From NCBI RefSeq assembly GCF_026571515.1, contig NW_026864475.1, positions 1 through 64,000 of the forward strand: a DNA stretch of 64,000 bases, given 5' to 3'. The position numbers were made by a program, and so were the translations under genes. Of this stretch, positions 1 to 13,320 are shown one piece after another. This DNA comes from Ruditapes philippinarum. Its lineage: Eukaryota. The first letter of the stretch is position 1, and every line of letters starts with the position of its first letter. The notes below the pieces were generated by a model that did no database searches, was not told the origin of the DNA, and saw only the letters and a program-made list of their open reading frames with translations.

Positions 1-1519
1 TGACTAAGTTATTTTAACCATTTACTGAACATGATTTAACTAAAAAATATGACCCACTTACTTGAGAAAAATACTTTAAACAGTATTTAACATGAATTAA
101 CTACATATGCCATACTGTTTGTTTATTTAGCTACACTGTAATTATTTACAAAAACGAGAACATTATGCTATACAAGAATATTTATTTTTCATTAATGTAG
201 TTGAAGTAGCTTTAAGTGTATATTTCTTACCAAAACGATTTTACAGCAGGGGATTGCATGTGTATTTACATCGGATACCAGTTGACGTCTTTCATCTCAC
301 CACTGTCCTCAGTCTAAATATCTATACGAGCAAAATATTTTATTAAATTTTATGACAATTTAAATTGGTTATATACAGCTTGACTGTCTGTGCTATATAA
401 AGATAATAATATTAATAAATAATAGTTTCAGTTAGAAGAAAATATATTCAACTAAAACACACTGATAATCATATTGAAACGTTTTATCCGAAATATGCGC
501 TGTCCGAAATTTCTAAACATTATATACTTCTGAGAGATAATCAGGTAGCGCTATAGAAAATTGATAAAATCAAATTCACCAGTCTGAAGTCAGATGCGAA
601 TGATGATGTATCAAATAACAAATTTATTAGATTTACATGGACATGAAAATATTACAACATTTATTGCGATAAACCGAATTCGAAATGACACACCCACCTG
701 AAGATTATACGAAGTTGTCTTTCATTGATACTTGTTCACAAGATGAAACTATTTGCATTTCGCTACAAAACAAAAAACTCTGCCAATTTCAACATATTCT
801 TTGCTTTACCGTGTAAGTTTTACTTTCCAATCGGCATACAAGTATTACTCAATATAGATAAGCAATGTTGTTGATATTTGTTTGTACCCGGAAGTGCAAA
901 ATATCGTGAAATCTCGCAAGTCACATGACGAGACTTACATACCCTATTACGTTGATATTTTGGTTGCAATCAATTCCGTATGTAATATCAAGTTTTCTTC
1001 ACAATCTGGTAAAGCTATTGATATATTTCGCTTGATAGACTGCAAATTTTAGTGCAGTGTCAGCTCGGCCCTAAAACGTACTCGGCCCCGAGTCAGCTCG
1101 GCCTTTTTTCAACTCGGTCCACTTTTCAATTTATTAACATATTGGTTTTTCTTATCATTTTTTATTGTTGAAACCACATAATTAATATCTGGACTTATTC
1201 AGAAACCTGGAAAGATATTTTCTTAAATTATTATTACATTTTTGACTACTTTTTGAACACATCTCTATCAGTCTATTACTCAATTTACTGTATTAGCTAT
1301 CTAAGCTTAACAAGATAGGCCCAAAACTTGTCATGATATACAGGTAAAATGTAATAATTGGTGAAAAATGATAGTTTTCAATTTTGTGATCATGATTTTT
1401 GCAAGCGACTGGAGGTACTGCCCCAGCCCTGTAATGAATAAAATCCTATCCTATGAGAGGTCCCAAAATTTAAAGGACTAGTAATAATTATAATTGTTAA
1501 ATACAATATGACCCCTGCA

Positions 1520-1692
1520 GGACAGGGCAGACCGTGAGACAAGGCGGACCGTACCAGGGCGGACTGTGACTTGAGACTAGGCGGACCGTATTTTGGGACA
1601 TCAATAATTTAATACTTTTATTACATTAGTCCACATATAAATACTTTTTAAATCACGGTCCGCCTAATCTTGAGTCACAGTCCGCCCTGTCC
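1520..1692. repeat. Small MITE-like inverted repeat
   Basis: cagggcggactgtgacttgagactaggcggaccgt (~1555-1589) is mirrored by acggtccgcctaatcttgagtcacagtccgccctgtcc (~1655-1692). Confidence 0.6.
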
Positions 1693-1854
1693 TTAATTCA
1701 ATATGACTTAAAATAAGAAATACTTATTTCATACATGTAGATCTGATTTTCACAGTTTTGCCTTCATCAGATGTAGGATTTCATGATATTTATGGTCAGT
1801 CCATAATTTTATAGATTTTTTATTTGTAAATTTATAGACATTTATATCTGAAAA

Positions 1855-2972
1855 AAGTAGTTGTATTAAAATTCAAAACCACAGGTCGATAATAATAAGA
1901 TAACTGATTATATCATTAAATATAACAGATTCCAGATAATGTGAATATCGGCATATATTACGCTTTAAAATCAACTAAAAACGTACAAGGTTAACAATTT
2001 GTTGCGTTCATTTACGCACTCTGTAAATTAATTACGCAAAGAATGTGAATTTGAAGTGTTTTTGGTGTGTACTTTCATTTTCGAAACAGCTGATTGACCG
2101 CTTCCATTTACCAGTTGAACTGTGTATCTATTTCCAATTAATACCTGTCAAGATACTTTCAACTATTTTTTTCTGTAAACCAGTCAAATTACGTCTTTAT
2201 TGCTTGCGTGCTTGATAAAATAATTGTTCTATTTTCTTGATAATTGTAAGGATTTATTTATACTGTATACACATGTTGTGCATGGTTGCTTCAAGGGCTA
2301 ATCAAATTGACATTTTTTTCACACAACTCTGTTGCCGGGGAAACTTGATAAACTTACCTCATTACCTTTGTTGCTGTAAACAATCAATAAAAACAACTTG
2401 TCTTTAGCAGCGGAATTTTATATACATCATATTAAGTCATCATTAATACTTTTATTGTTTAACATCTATATGATTATTACACTAATAGTATTCATGGAAT
2501 TGGTAGAGGAATAGGCAGTGGCTAGCAGTATGAACCAGTATTGGCTGTATGCGAGTCAAATACGACTAGCATATACTCGCTGTTGAGGCTAGCTGTACAG
2601 CATTTTAAAAATGAGTTGCCTAAAACAATAATATGCAAACTTGTTTTTCTAAAAGAAGATTTTATTGAATATCATATACAATTTCAGTCAATGGGAAAGT
2701 AAAAAAAATTACACCCGCAAGGACTGGGATCCTTAGACTGATGATTTTTCCCCCGCCCAGACTTTGACAGGTTTTTTTGTAGGTATGGGGGAGGGATATT
2801 GCCAAAATTATAAAGAAAGATAAGTAGTTGTATTAAAATTCAAAACCACAGGTCGATAATAATAAGATAACTGATTATATCATTAAATATAACAGATTCC
2901 AGATAATGTGAATATCGGCATATATTACGCTTTAAAATCAACTAAAAACGTACAAGGTTAACAATTTGTTGC
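1855..2972. repeat. 151-bp direct repeat pair (1855-2005 and 2822-2972)
   Basis: Apparently identical block aagtagttgtattaaaattc...ttaacaatttgttgc occurs twice, about 0.82 kb apart. Confidence 0.85.
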
Positions 2973-4464
2973 TATATGAATTATCAGACTCAACTATAAG
3001 ATACTAAAGAAAAAAATATACAGAAACATAATTGATAAAACATTAGCATAATTCACAAGAAAACAATTCATGTACATCTTTCAAAGGTTTAATTTTGAAG
3101 ATTGGAGAAAAAATATGTTTTGGTAAAGAAATTATCCGAGACAAGATGGTGGCTTACATTACTTAGCAAAAACTGGTCGTATAGTGGTGATTTTGGTTAT
3201 CTTGGTCTGTGAATACAAGCAAAAATTAAAAAGATAGATCAATCTTGGAAGCTTTGCATATTTCAGAAGGCCAAAAATTGTTTCAAACTGGCTGAAATTT
3301 TATTCGGACATGACAACTGACTGTATCGAAATTTATCTCGACCCTACTGATTTTTAGTTGGCGAGGTCCGAGGACTGACAGCCTTTTCGTACAGACTGCA
3401 GTTTACAGTTGGTATAGTAATTTGTAGTGTTTGATGATCAAAAGATTTTTTTTCCTTCTGAAAATCATGGAGTTGAATAATTTAAATCTGTGTGAAAGAG
3501 AAAGAGACTGAAAATTAATTTATTATATTTTTATGGACATTATTATATAGATACATTTGTAATCAAACATGTGGTTTATTTTCCAACAGTAGTTGAATTA
3601 TGACAAAGTTTTTTTAATAATTTTATTTCACTTTTAGCTACTTGAAAATTTCATGCTGGATGTTTGCTTACCATTACATTTTGCATAAGAGCTCTATGAT
3701 TGACATTAAAGTCCACGGGCCAATTCATTTCTGATATATCTTTCCGATATCTTGTTATAATATAAAAGGCTGAACGTCATCGTAGAATTATTAGGAAAAA
3801 ATATATATGTTCATTCTTTGTAAAAATGTTAGAAGACTTGCAAGTTACCAATTTTATCATTGCATTTATTTATTATGGAAAAAATGCTGAACGGCTATCC
3901 TCAACAGTGTGTATAGGCTAGAACTTTCAGTTTGCATTTAGGGTCAAAATATATTGTTACAGTTATGACAGCTTTCCCGTTGCTGTCAACAAACTTCAAC
4001 CTTTCATAACTTTTCAGATCTTGGTGTATTGTCTTCATACTTGGCCACAACAACCCTTCAAATAGACCAGACTAAACTTGACCTCCATATAAACATTCAA
4101 GGTAAAATATTTAAATTTTCCTGATTTTTGCTATTAGTGGCTATGACTTTGTTATTTTTGAATGGATTGTCTTCAAACTTGTACACAACAATCTTTCAGG
4201 ATAGGACCTGATTCACTCATTAATGTCCTTGAAGCTTTTGTGATCAGAAGTTGTGTAAAATAATACAAATACAGAACAATTTCATTTACTTGGTTTTGCA
4301 ATTTCTGAGACAATGGATTTTAAAGATAGTTGTTTTCTTAAAATTTAAGGACAGTATAGTAGATTGAAAAGACATTTAGTACATACTGTATATACACTAT
4401 AACTACTATAGTATACTATAAAAATCTTTGTTCTTGGACAATTTTGAACAAATTGTTTCTTAAA

Positions 4465-4694
4465 CAGTGTAAGAAATTAGGATTTGAATCGACTAGTCTG
4501 GTCAGACTACCAGATTGGAATATTCACTAGCCCAAAAGACATTCTCTGGCACGATTAATTTGTTTCAAAACAGTTGTTTATATTGCCTCTTAAAATACAG
4601 TAGCTTGGTCAGGCCTGTTACTGTGAAAAGTTGGTAGCCCGAGGAGAAATTTAGTATTCAGGGGCTATAGGACTACTGCTAATTTCTAACACTG
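4465..4694. mobile_element. hAT-like MITE with 6-bp TSD
   Basis: TIRs cagtgtaagaaattag / ctaatttctaacactg; cttaaa on both sides (4459-4464, 4695-4700). Confidence 0.7.
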
Positions 4695-5030
4695 CTTAAA
4701 TTATTGATTTGACTATTGATTTCAACTAACATAATTATTGGGATACTATATGTATATCTAATAATAATTATATTTTATCTTTCCAACTTTCTGTTTCAGA
4801 TGGTCGGCCTACATGTCAGATTTGTAAATGTGAACGGCACGATATCGATTTTAAGGATGCTTTAGGGTCAATGAGGATGAAATAAAATGTGAGACTGTCA
4901 ATCTGACAAACCTTGCAGTGAATAAATGGTAAAATGTTTCTTTCAGTAGCATGGCATTTAAGGAAGCGGTACATGATGATTTAGAAGTGGTTGTATATGA
5001 TATTTCTTAATTATTATGTTCTAATAGCTA

Positions 5031-7425
5031 TTTAGTCCCCTACCGGTTTAACCGGAGGGGACTTTAGGTTTACCCGGTCCGTCTGTCTGTCTTTCCGTCT
5101 GTCAGTCCGTCAGTCCATCTGTCCACAAAACTGGATCCCGCAATAACACAAAAAGTACTGAAATATTTTAATGAAACTTGATATATGGATATATGGCAGT
5201 ATGGAGATTATGCACGTCTTTTTTTTTTTCTTCCTATGTTGAAAATTCTGGTTGCTATGGCAACAAATAGCCTGAAAATATGGCAAATTGAACACATAAA
5301 CTGGATCCCGCGAAAACGCAAAAAGTACTGAAAATATTTTTATGAAACTTGATATATGGATAGATGGCAGTATGGAGATTATGCACGTCTTTTTTTTTCT
5401 TCCTATGTTAAAAATACTGGTTGCTATCACAGGCAATCGGTGCGTGGCTTGGATAGTATACATGTACATGACCACTCCCACTTACTTTTTTATAAATATT
5501 TTTTTTTTTCACTAATAAAATATTTTTTTATTCAAAATATTTTTAAAATATCTTATTTTCAATAAATCAACAAAGAAAATTTGTTTTTAAAAAATTTCAT
5601 CCATATATACTATTAATATAGTAAAGGTAGAAAGGTTCGCCAGCGGACCTACCACCAGGCCTTATGTTACCTCCCAGATCTTTGTTAATTGTCAACCAAT
5701 TTTCACCAAATAAAGTGCAATCTACGCAGAAATGATTTTTCTTTCGAAAAATGTACAATATTAGAACAGTTGGTACGACAAAAGATGGAATTTTAAAGCA
5801 AAAATGCACTTTTTGTCTAGGTCGGCCATCGCATGACCGAGCCGAAAGTAGACGATTTTGAACATAAATCGATCTTTTTCTTAATAACAAACTAATGTCA
5901 GTGCATGCAAACAGTTGAAATAGAAAAGGCAGCTATAAAACTATCGCTTACCGGTCCAAAGTTAATCCAAAACGTCTGCAGGTACGCACTTTCAGTAGTT
6001 ATTTGCACTAACTTTTTAAATTTCCCGACATTGTACATGTATACAAATTCTGATCCGGATATTCAAGGTACGCATGCTCGGTTCCCGCTGGTACCCAGCT
6101 TCGCTCAATTTTTATTATGCGAAAAGGGGTACGCATCAGATACATCCGGGTCAGCATTTGTATACACGTAATGTCAGGGAATTAAAAAAGTTAGTGCAAA
6201 TAACTACTGAAAGTGCGTACCTGCAGACGTTTTGGATTAACTTTGGACCGGTAAGCGATAGTTTTATAGCTGCCTTTTCTATTTCAACTGTTTGCATGCA
6301 CTGACATTAGTTTGTTATTAAGAAAAAGATCGATTTATGTTCAAAATCGTCTACTTTCGGCTCGGTCATGCGATGGCCGACCTAGACAAAAAGTGCATTT
6401 TTGCTTTAAAATTCCATCTTTTGTCGTACCAACTGTTCTAATATTGTACATTTTTCGAAAGAAAAATCATTTCTGCGTAGATTGCACTTTATTTGGTGAA
6501 AATTGGATGACAATTAACAAAGATCTGGGAGGTAACATAAGGCCTGGTGGTAGGTCCGCTGGCGAACCTTTCTACCTTTACTATATTAATAGTATATATG
6601 GATGAAATTTTTTAAAAACAAATTTTCTTTGTTGATTTATTGAAAATAAGATATTTTAAAAATATTTTGAATAAAAAAATATTTCATTAGTGAAAAAAAA
6701 AAAAAATTATAAAAAAGTAAGTGGGCGTGGTCATGTACATGTATACTATCCAAGCCACGCACCGATTGCCTGTGGTTGCTATGGCAACAAATAGCCTGAA
6801 TTTCAAGATTTCTGATTTAAATTTTTCAGCTTTTTCACTATAAGTTCTTTATTTCTTAAGGTGTTTACTTCAAACTTTAAATATAAGTTTCTGGTCATCA
6901 ACCACATCATATGTGACACGGTTTACAACTCTAGCACAAAAATTATCAGTATTACCTCCCTTGAACTTAGAATTTTTATGAATATAAAAATTGTCTTTTT
7001 AAAATAACTTCTTTATTTCCTAATGTATCTACTTCAAACTTCATATATATGTTTCTTATTATCACTCAACATTTTTGAGAAGGTTAAATACTCTAGCAAG
7101 ACTATTTCCAGAATTATGTCCCCCTTGAACTTTTTCGAGAAATTGGTATTTTTCACTCCAACTTCTTCATTCCTTATAGGATTTACTTTAAAATCCAACA
7201 TTGTAATAATATGACAAGGTTGTATAAACATAATTTCCTTACTAGGCAGGGAAACTTAACACATTACTGTGATATAGACAAACTTAGAACTCAAAAGATT
7301 CAAGTTCATTCATGTCATTCATTCACTGGTAAAATTGACTGGCCAATGGCCCATCAGAAAGTTGCTGGGGTTCTAACCGGTAGGGGACTTATGGATTGCT
7401 TGCAATACTATGACAATTGCTTGTT
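5031..7425 (+). mobile_element. Non-autonomous Helentron/HINE-type element interrupted by a foldback
   Basis: Subterminal IR gtcccctaccggtt (~5036) / aaccggtaggggac (~7375); GTCY microsatellite ~5077-5122; ~170-bp tandem units; short 3' hairpin ending in a T-run. Confidence 0.7.
5428..6774. mobile_element. Foldback (long-TIR) non-autonomous DNA transposon, 8-bp TSD
   Basis: ~630-bp near-perfect inverted arms (cacaggcaatcgg...ccgattgcctgtg), ~80-bp spacer; TSD gttgctat at 5420-5427 and 6775-6782; mirror ORFs 5597-5890(-) and 6312-6605(+) are near-identical. Confidence 0.92.
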
Positions 7426-7827
7426 TTTCTTGACTTGTTTAAAGGCTGACACAGGATAGTTTATTTTAAGTCAGTGAGCTTCTATCACTGGATAGACTAT
7501 AGTCACAAATGTCCAAATTTATGAAAAGGAATTACAGTGAATTTAAATATCATCTTATAGAATAGAAATTAGGAACAAAATTAATAACAAGAACAATTGT
7601 GACATGTAACATGTATAATTTAGGAATTCAGCTTTCCTTTCCTTTTCACCTCAGGAGAATTCACATTAATTTAAAATAATGGATATTCACAATAAGCACT
7701 CCGACATATCTGACATATATGATTATCTTATCTTCACTTAGCTGTCTATAGCTTATCAGAATCACTCACATTTATAAATTTAAATGATTTTGAAAAAATT
7801 GCTGCTTAGCAAATAGATAAAATACTT

Positions 7828-8022
7828 GGGGTGTCTGTGGCGATTGGTTGACTTTAAACCTTTAAGCCTTTCACTGCTGTAGGTTCGTGCTCTGCAAGTG
7901 TTTACGGATCATTTCATGTGAGAAAGCTATCTAGCTCATTAATGGAGCATTGATGGTACCCAGGTGCCTGAAATCATACACATAGGTGCACCAAGGTCTT
8001 CCTCCAGCAGTTAGGCTGGAAA
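7828..8022 (+). mobile_element. Degenerate tRNA-derived SINE (same family as 22027-22297)
   Basis: B-box-like ggttcg, then tttcatgtgagaaagctatctagct and gtgcctgaaat...ggtcttcctcca matching the reverse complement of the 22 kb copy. Confidence 0.65.
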
Positions 8023-8393
8023 TTGTGCTTTAAATTGCCCCCACCCCCCCCCCTCCCTGAAAAAAAAAAAAACAACAAAAATAATTGAATTTTTATTTTG
8101 CTATTAACTTTTTCTAAACAAATATTTCAGGAAACAGTGGCGTTTGTATGATAGAACAGTAATAGCAGGAGTGATAAGGACAGATGCATGTAGATGTGTC
8201 TTCATGTCGGAAACACTAGAGAAATTGACACATTTGGGTTTTTCAAAATTAAAGAAATTGGAATACCAGGAGACTGCTTGCCATTTGCAATGTTGAAATG
8301 TGTGATGTCGAAAGCCTCATGAATAAAGTAACTTGACTTAATCTAATAAGAAAAAGAAATGACATTGAGGAGAAAACTAGTCACCAGTCTTTC

Positions 8394-8681
8394 ACCAAGA
8401 ACATGAGATAACTTTCCAATATTTGAAATATCATAATATGTATAGAACTTGAATAAGCGACATAATATGTATTGATATTGAATGAGCGACCAGTTTTTCA
8501 CCAGGAAAATAAGATCACTTATCTATTTTTGAAATATGTATGAACAGAACTCTATCAACTTCAAGGTGAGAGTTTATCATGAAGAACATGAGATAACTTG
8601 TGTATGAACAGAACCACATTTGAATATAGAGGTGCCAGTTCATCACCAAGAAGATGAGCTAACTTATCAATGTTTGAAATC
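8394..8681. repeat. Degenerate tandem repeat (4 units, ~65-105 bp)
   Basis: Recurring caccaagaacatgagataactt...tttgaaat motif at ~8394, 8499, 8578 and 8645. Confidence 0.55.
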
Positions 8682-8683
8682 TG

Positions 8684-9480
8684 TTATACCCCCGCACAAC
8701 AAAGTTGTAAGGGGGCTATACTGGAATCAGCTTGTCCGGCCGTCGGGCGTCCGTCGCTTTTTTCTTGTCCGTCCATAAAATTAAGATTCCTTTGACCCAC
8801 AGTCTTCATATTTGGCATGGAGTTAAGTCATGATTAGTAGATGACCTCCATTAATTTTGAGAACACCAAGTCAAAGGTCAAGGTCACAGGGGTCTTTACT
8901 GAAGAAAGCTTTTCTGCCCAATAACTTAAGAATCCTTCGACCCACAGTCTTCATATTTGGCATGGAGGTTAGTCATGATTAGTAGATGACCCCTATTTAT
9001 TTTCAGGTCTAAGGTCATGGTCACAGGGCCTTGGCTAATTAAAGCTTGTCCACCCAATTACCTAAGAATCCTTAGACCCATAGTCTTAATATTTGGCATG
9101 GAGGTTAGTCAAGATTAGTAGAATACCCCTATTGATTTTGAGGTTACTGGGCAAAGGTCAAGGTCACAGGAGCTTTTATTACAATTAGCTTGTCTGCTCA
9201 AATGGTCTCATATATTCATCATAAAACACCTCCAGGCAAGGCTGCATGAAATGGGGGGGGGGGGGTTATTGAAGTCATTCAATGGCAGTTTTAGTTTTGA
9301 GGTCAGTAGGTCCAAGGTAAAGTTCACTTTGATCTTTTCTACTAAAACATGTAGAATATATAACTTAGCAATGCACTGGCTTACTTCCCTCAGATTTGGC
9401 TGAGCTGTAAATGACTACTGTTGATTCTGACAAATTGGTATGTGGGGGTATTCACGCCATGACAATGGCAGTTCTAGTTT
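8684..9480 (+). mobile_element. Helentron/HINE-type element with internal ~130-140-bp tandem repeats
   Basis: 5' ttatacccccgc...ggggg hairpin, gtcc/cgtc microsatellite, repeated atgacccctattgattttgaggt...aaaggtcaaggtcacag units, 3' gggggtatt...cagttctagttt end. Confidence 0.7.
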
Positions 9481-9930
9481 GTACAGAAAATATCAAGATG
9501 CAAGTTTCTTTTATTAAGAATAGACTTATTGATTAGATAACTTACAATATTTACAAACATTTATAATACCACACCCATTTAAAGTATTTCAGCAGAGAGT
9601 GTATTATCCAAAATACATGTATTGTTATAATGTACTTTATAGTACATGTATATTTATTGATATATTTATTGTAAAGTTTTGATTCTTCTAGATTTTAAAA
9701 ACATTTAGATTTTACTTGATCTTGAAAATATTTTGTTCCATGCTCTTTCATTTAATTTTGAATAATGAATCCAATAAATACCTATAATAAGTATAGGATT
9801 AAAATTGATAATGTTTTCTATCTTTAACTTATATAAAAAAGTAATGTTTAAACTGCTGGTTAGATTTCAAACAGGACTAAACAAGGGTGTACAGTGCCAT
9901 CCTTAGTTGTGCACATTGTTGGCATGTTCT

Positions 9931-10020
9931 CATTGTCGGATACCCATGGCCAAACCATTAATATTCATCATTGATTGCATGTTATTTGACATGTTTATCA
10001 ATTGTGGGTCTCCAACGATG
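9931..10020. mobile_element. Tiny MITE, degenerate copy of the 38808-38890 family (opposite orientation)
   Basis: cattgtcggatacccatgg ... ttgtgggtctccaacgatg termini match the 38.8-kb element. Confidence 0.65.
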
Positions 10021-11744
10021 GCAGCCATGTCCTGTTTCTCTACACAAAATGGCCGAAGAGTTAAAAAAAGAAAAATCTATCACATGTACAACTGCCAAAA
10101 TTCAAAAGAGTGATCAGAACCATACACAGTTTTGGGAGACATGTTTTTGTGACAAAAGCCCTTCAAGTTCATATATGACTTTGACCCTTATTTGATATAA
10201 AATATCTTTGGAGTTAGCTGGAATTGTCATTACTTTGTTATTTTTTACAGATTTGAATCATGCTTGAACAAACAAACACAGAACCAACATGTTGATTTTT
10301 TTCTGATATACTTTGACCTTTAAATGACCATTACCTCCAAGGTTAAACAATTGAAATTCACTCACATTGTCATAACTTTGTTTTTGTCTATGATTTGATT
10401 CATCCTTGGACAAAAGAACAATTATCATTCAACTATGACCTTTACTATTCAAATTTGAAATTTACTTTATACATTTATATTATTTTTTCTAGGAGTACTC
10501 TAATAGATATTACAATATTCTCCTACTGATGTGTTTGACTTTCAATATAAGAAAAAGCCAAGCATGGCCCAAGCTAGATAGTGGCTCTTGTTTTCAATGC
10601 CAACTTGATTATATGTATCCATTCCAATTTACATTCTCACATGTATTATCTATTGTGCTTGAAAGGTTTCTACAAAAAATAAGTTTGTTCTTACAGTCCT
10701 GGTTTTATTTTAGAAATATTTTATAGACAGTTAAATTTTCTGTTTATTTTCTATCTGCATAATCATTTCTTGGAATAAATATAGTAAGTACACTGATTTA
10801 TGTGTTATACATTCACATAAGGAAGTACTTTACATGAAAATTGGTTAAACAACTAAAGTTTCCCAACAAAATCCAATGTCATAATTTAAAATGTTTATTC
10901 ATGATAATATGATATCAATTATGCATTTTGCCTGGGTTTGTTAGTATGTTCTTGGTACATGATTTTCAATTTTGACAAGAGTTTGGAAGCGATACTATTA
11001 TATTGTGTACAAAATGGGCACTTATTCAACTTTGAAAGAAGAATGATATCAGATTGGAACACCTAAAGTAGATTGCTATACAAATCTCGAATTTAGCACA
11101 TATTGCGCCCCCATCAGTGCTTTCAGCACTTTGATTATCCAACGTACGCACCGGACCTCTAAGGAAGAGATGGATAATGCCTTTTATATATGGCAATGAA
11201 ATAGAAATTACTTCATGTCTGTTTTCTTATTTGCATTTTCATCTTGTACCATGTGTTTAAAGATAATCACTTCTGTTGGTATTCAAAAGTACCTTTTTAT
11301 GTTAATTTTGATACGCTTATTAATAAACAAAACCTCCTCAAGCTTTACAAAAGTCAAATTGCGTTAATATCAATTTATAATTATGGTTTTGTGTGTTTCA
11401 AATAAACTTTTTAAAATCAATCTATATTTAGATTTTCGCAGGCTGCAATCGGAACGTCCTAAAAATAGTTATAAAACATAGTTTAGATGTGAGTAATGTA
11501 ACACGGAAGAATATATTTATCATCCAACGACGATAAAGTCTGTTTCGGTACAAATTCTGATTAAAAATATGTCTGGCAACCATTGTTGATTTAAATATGC
11601 CCACTGATGTATATTTTTAAACAAATCCGACTGAATGTCAACGGGTTGGAATTTTGCACAGGTGGCAGTATCAGTGTTTGGACACCTCACTCACCACACC
11701 CTGCCCCTGAACCCCTGCTACAACCCTGAAAAAAATCACTGATT

Positions 11745-11889
11745 AGGCTAACTACGTATAGGATACTAAATACAAAACCACCTATAAAATTATATATAAA
11801 AAATTCACTTGTATATAACAATAATTTTGATTGTTATATGATTTTATCGGTGGTTTAGTATTTAGTATCTCATAGTACTAGTTAGACCT
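11745..11889. repeat. Palindromic MITE-like element
   Basis: aggctaacta...gatactaaatacaaaaccacctataaaattatata is mirrored by tatatgattttatcggtggtttagtatttagtatc...tagttagacct. Confidence 0.6.
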
Positions 11890-12233
11890 TTCTATCTTAA
11901 ACTGAAACGGAATAGCAGTAAATCTTAGGGGTTTTCTCAAACGTAGTAAACCTTGAATTTATTACTCAACAAAATCACAGGGTTTCGTATTTTCTAAAGT
12001 GACATTCGTCTCAAAGAGATGAAAAGATACATTCCACTGATAATGAAAATAAATATAGTGACTGTTCTACAAAAATTACTACATAAAAATATCTTTGGTT
12101 AAAATAATACGTCACATCTCTGCTTGTAACATTAATTTAGAAACTGCTTATTGAATGTATTTTGTTGACTTACATCTTAATTCAATTATTTTTTTTGTTT
12201 AACATTTTCATTCCGAATTCATAAGTCGTCATT

Positions 12234-13100
12234 TTAATGTATCATTTGCAGCAATTTTCTTCGTCGCACCAAAGAAGTACATATATTAACGACTCGGGGA
12301 AGTAGAAGTCTAGAATGGCGCCAAATTGAACTAATCGACCTGTATTTCTTGATCTCCCCTATAGCATGTTCAACTAAAACTCTATATTTCTGAATAAGTC
12401 TGTTAATCTTTCTGCATTTTCTTTTCTCTCGAACATTACGTCTGTTAATTTGCTGTGATGTATATGGGGTCATAAGGGGATGTCGATTAGGATAAATTTT
12501 ATCTCCTTGAAGAACACATTCCCCTGGAAATGGAAGTCTGTCGCTGCCAATGTCTGGCATAAGATTAAATTGCTGAACATCATTCAGATGACCGGGAAAT
12601 CCTGATTCTATATGACAAACGTCACCATCGGAATCCACAATAACTTGCGTATTGATTGGAAGTGACGGTATCCAGAATAGAATTGTTCCTGTGGCACATT
12701 CATTGGTCGCAATATTTCGTGTGATGTTCCATGTATTGCACCAACTGCGGGGTACAGTTTATCCCAATCACAACGTTTACTAAGCCACTGATCTATTGTA
12801 GGCCAAGTAATGTAATGCGAAAATGCTGCGTAAAATGTGCGAATCATTATGCGAATTTCAACATGTACATACGCGGTGCACACATTGAATATTGCTAAAA
12901 GTGTCATGAGAGTTGGGTAACACTGAATCCATATAACAAACAATAAGATTCTGTTTACTGGAGACAGTTTGTGACGACTGTTATTCCTAAGGTTTACAAT
13001 TTGTAACATATCTATTAATGTTTCTGGTGTTTCACCAGTAAGATTATAGAAATTGTACCTATTTGCAGAGAATATTTGGAAAACGTTTCTTCCTGAATAT
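12234..13100 (-). pseudogene. HARBI1-like PIF/Harbinger DDE transposase, frameshifted near 12640
   Basis: FYNLTGETPETL; LSPVNRILLFVIW...YPT (HTH-like); GAIHGT (consensus GAIDGT, first catalytic D changed to H); FYSGYRH; GFPGHLND; LQGDKIY; YRVLVEHAIGEIK. Confidence 0.88.
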
Positions 13101-13320
13101 ATATATGAATCATTTGAAAATAAACGGTGACGAATTTACTCCTCAACATATCAGGTCAAAAATCAATGTCCTCTATGTGTCACTTCTTTACACCCCTCCC
13201 ACCCCCCTACAATTATGATACAGAAGAATGCAAACTTCATTTCAAACAGTTAAAAAGAGGACAACTGCAAATTTGCAAGATTTATCGTCTGGTTTTCAAA
13301 TGTCGTATGAATCATTTCAG

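Noticed and set aside
5597-6605. Pair of near-identical 97-aa ORFs as duplicated genes
   Set aside because: They are mirror products of the foldback arms, start at TTG and contain no recognisable domain
12234-13100. Domesticated HARBI1 host gene
   Set aside because: Frameshift, D-to-H change at the first catalytic position and a frameshifted partner gene indicate a decaying transposon
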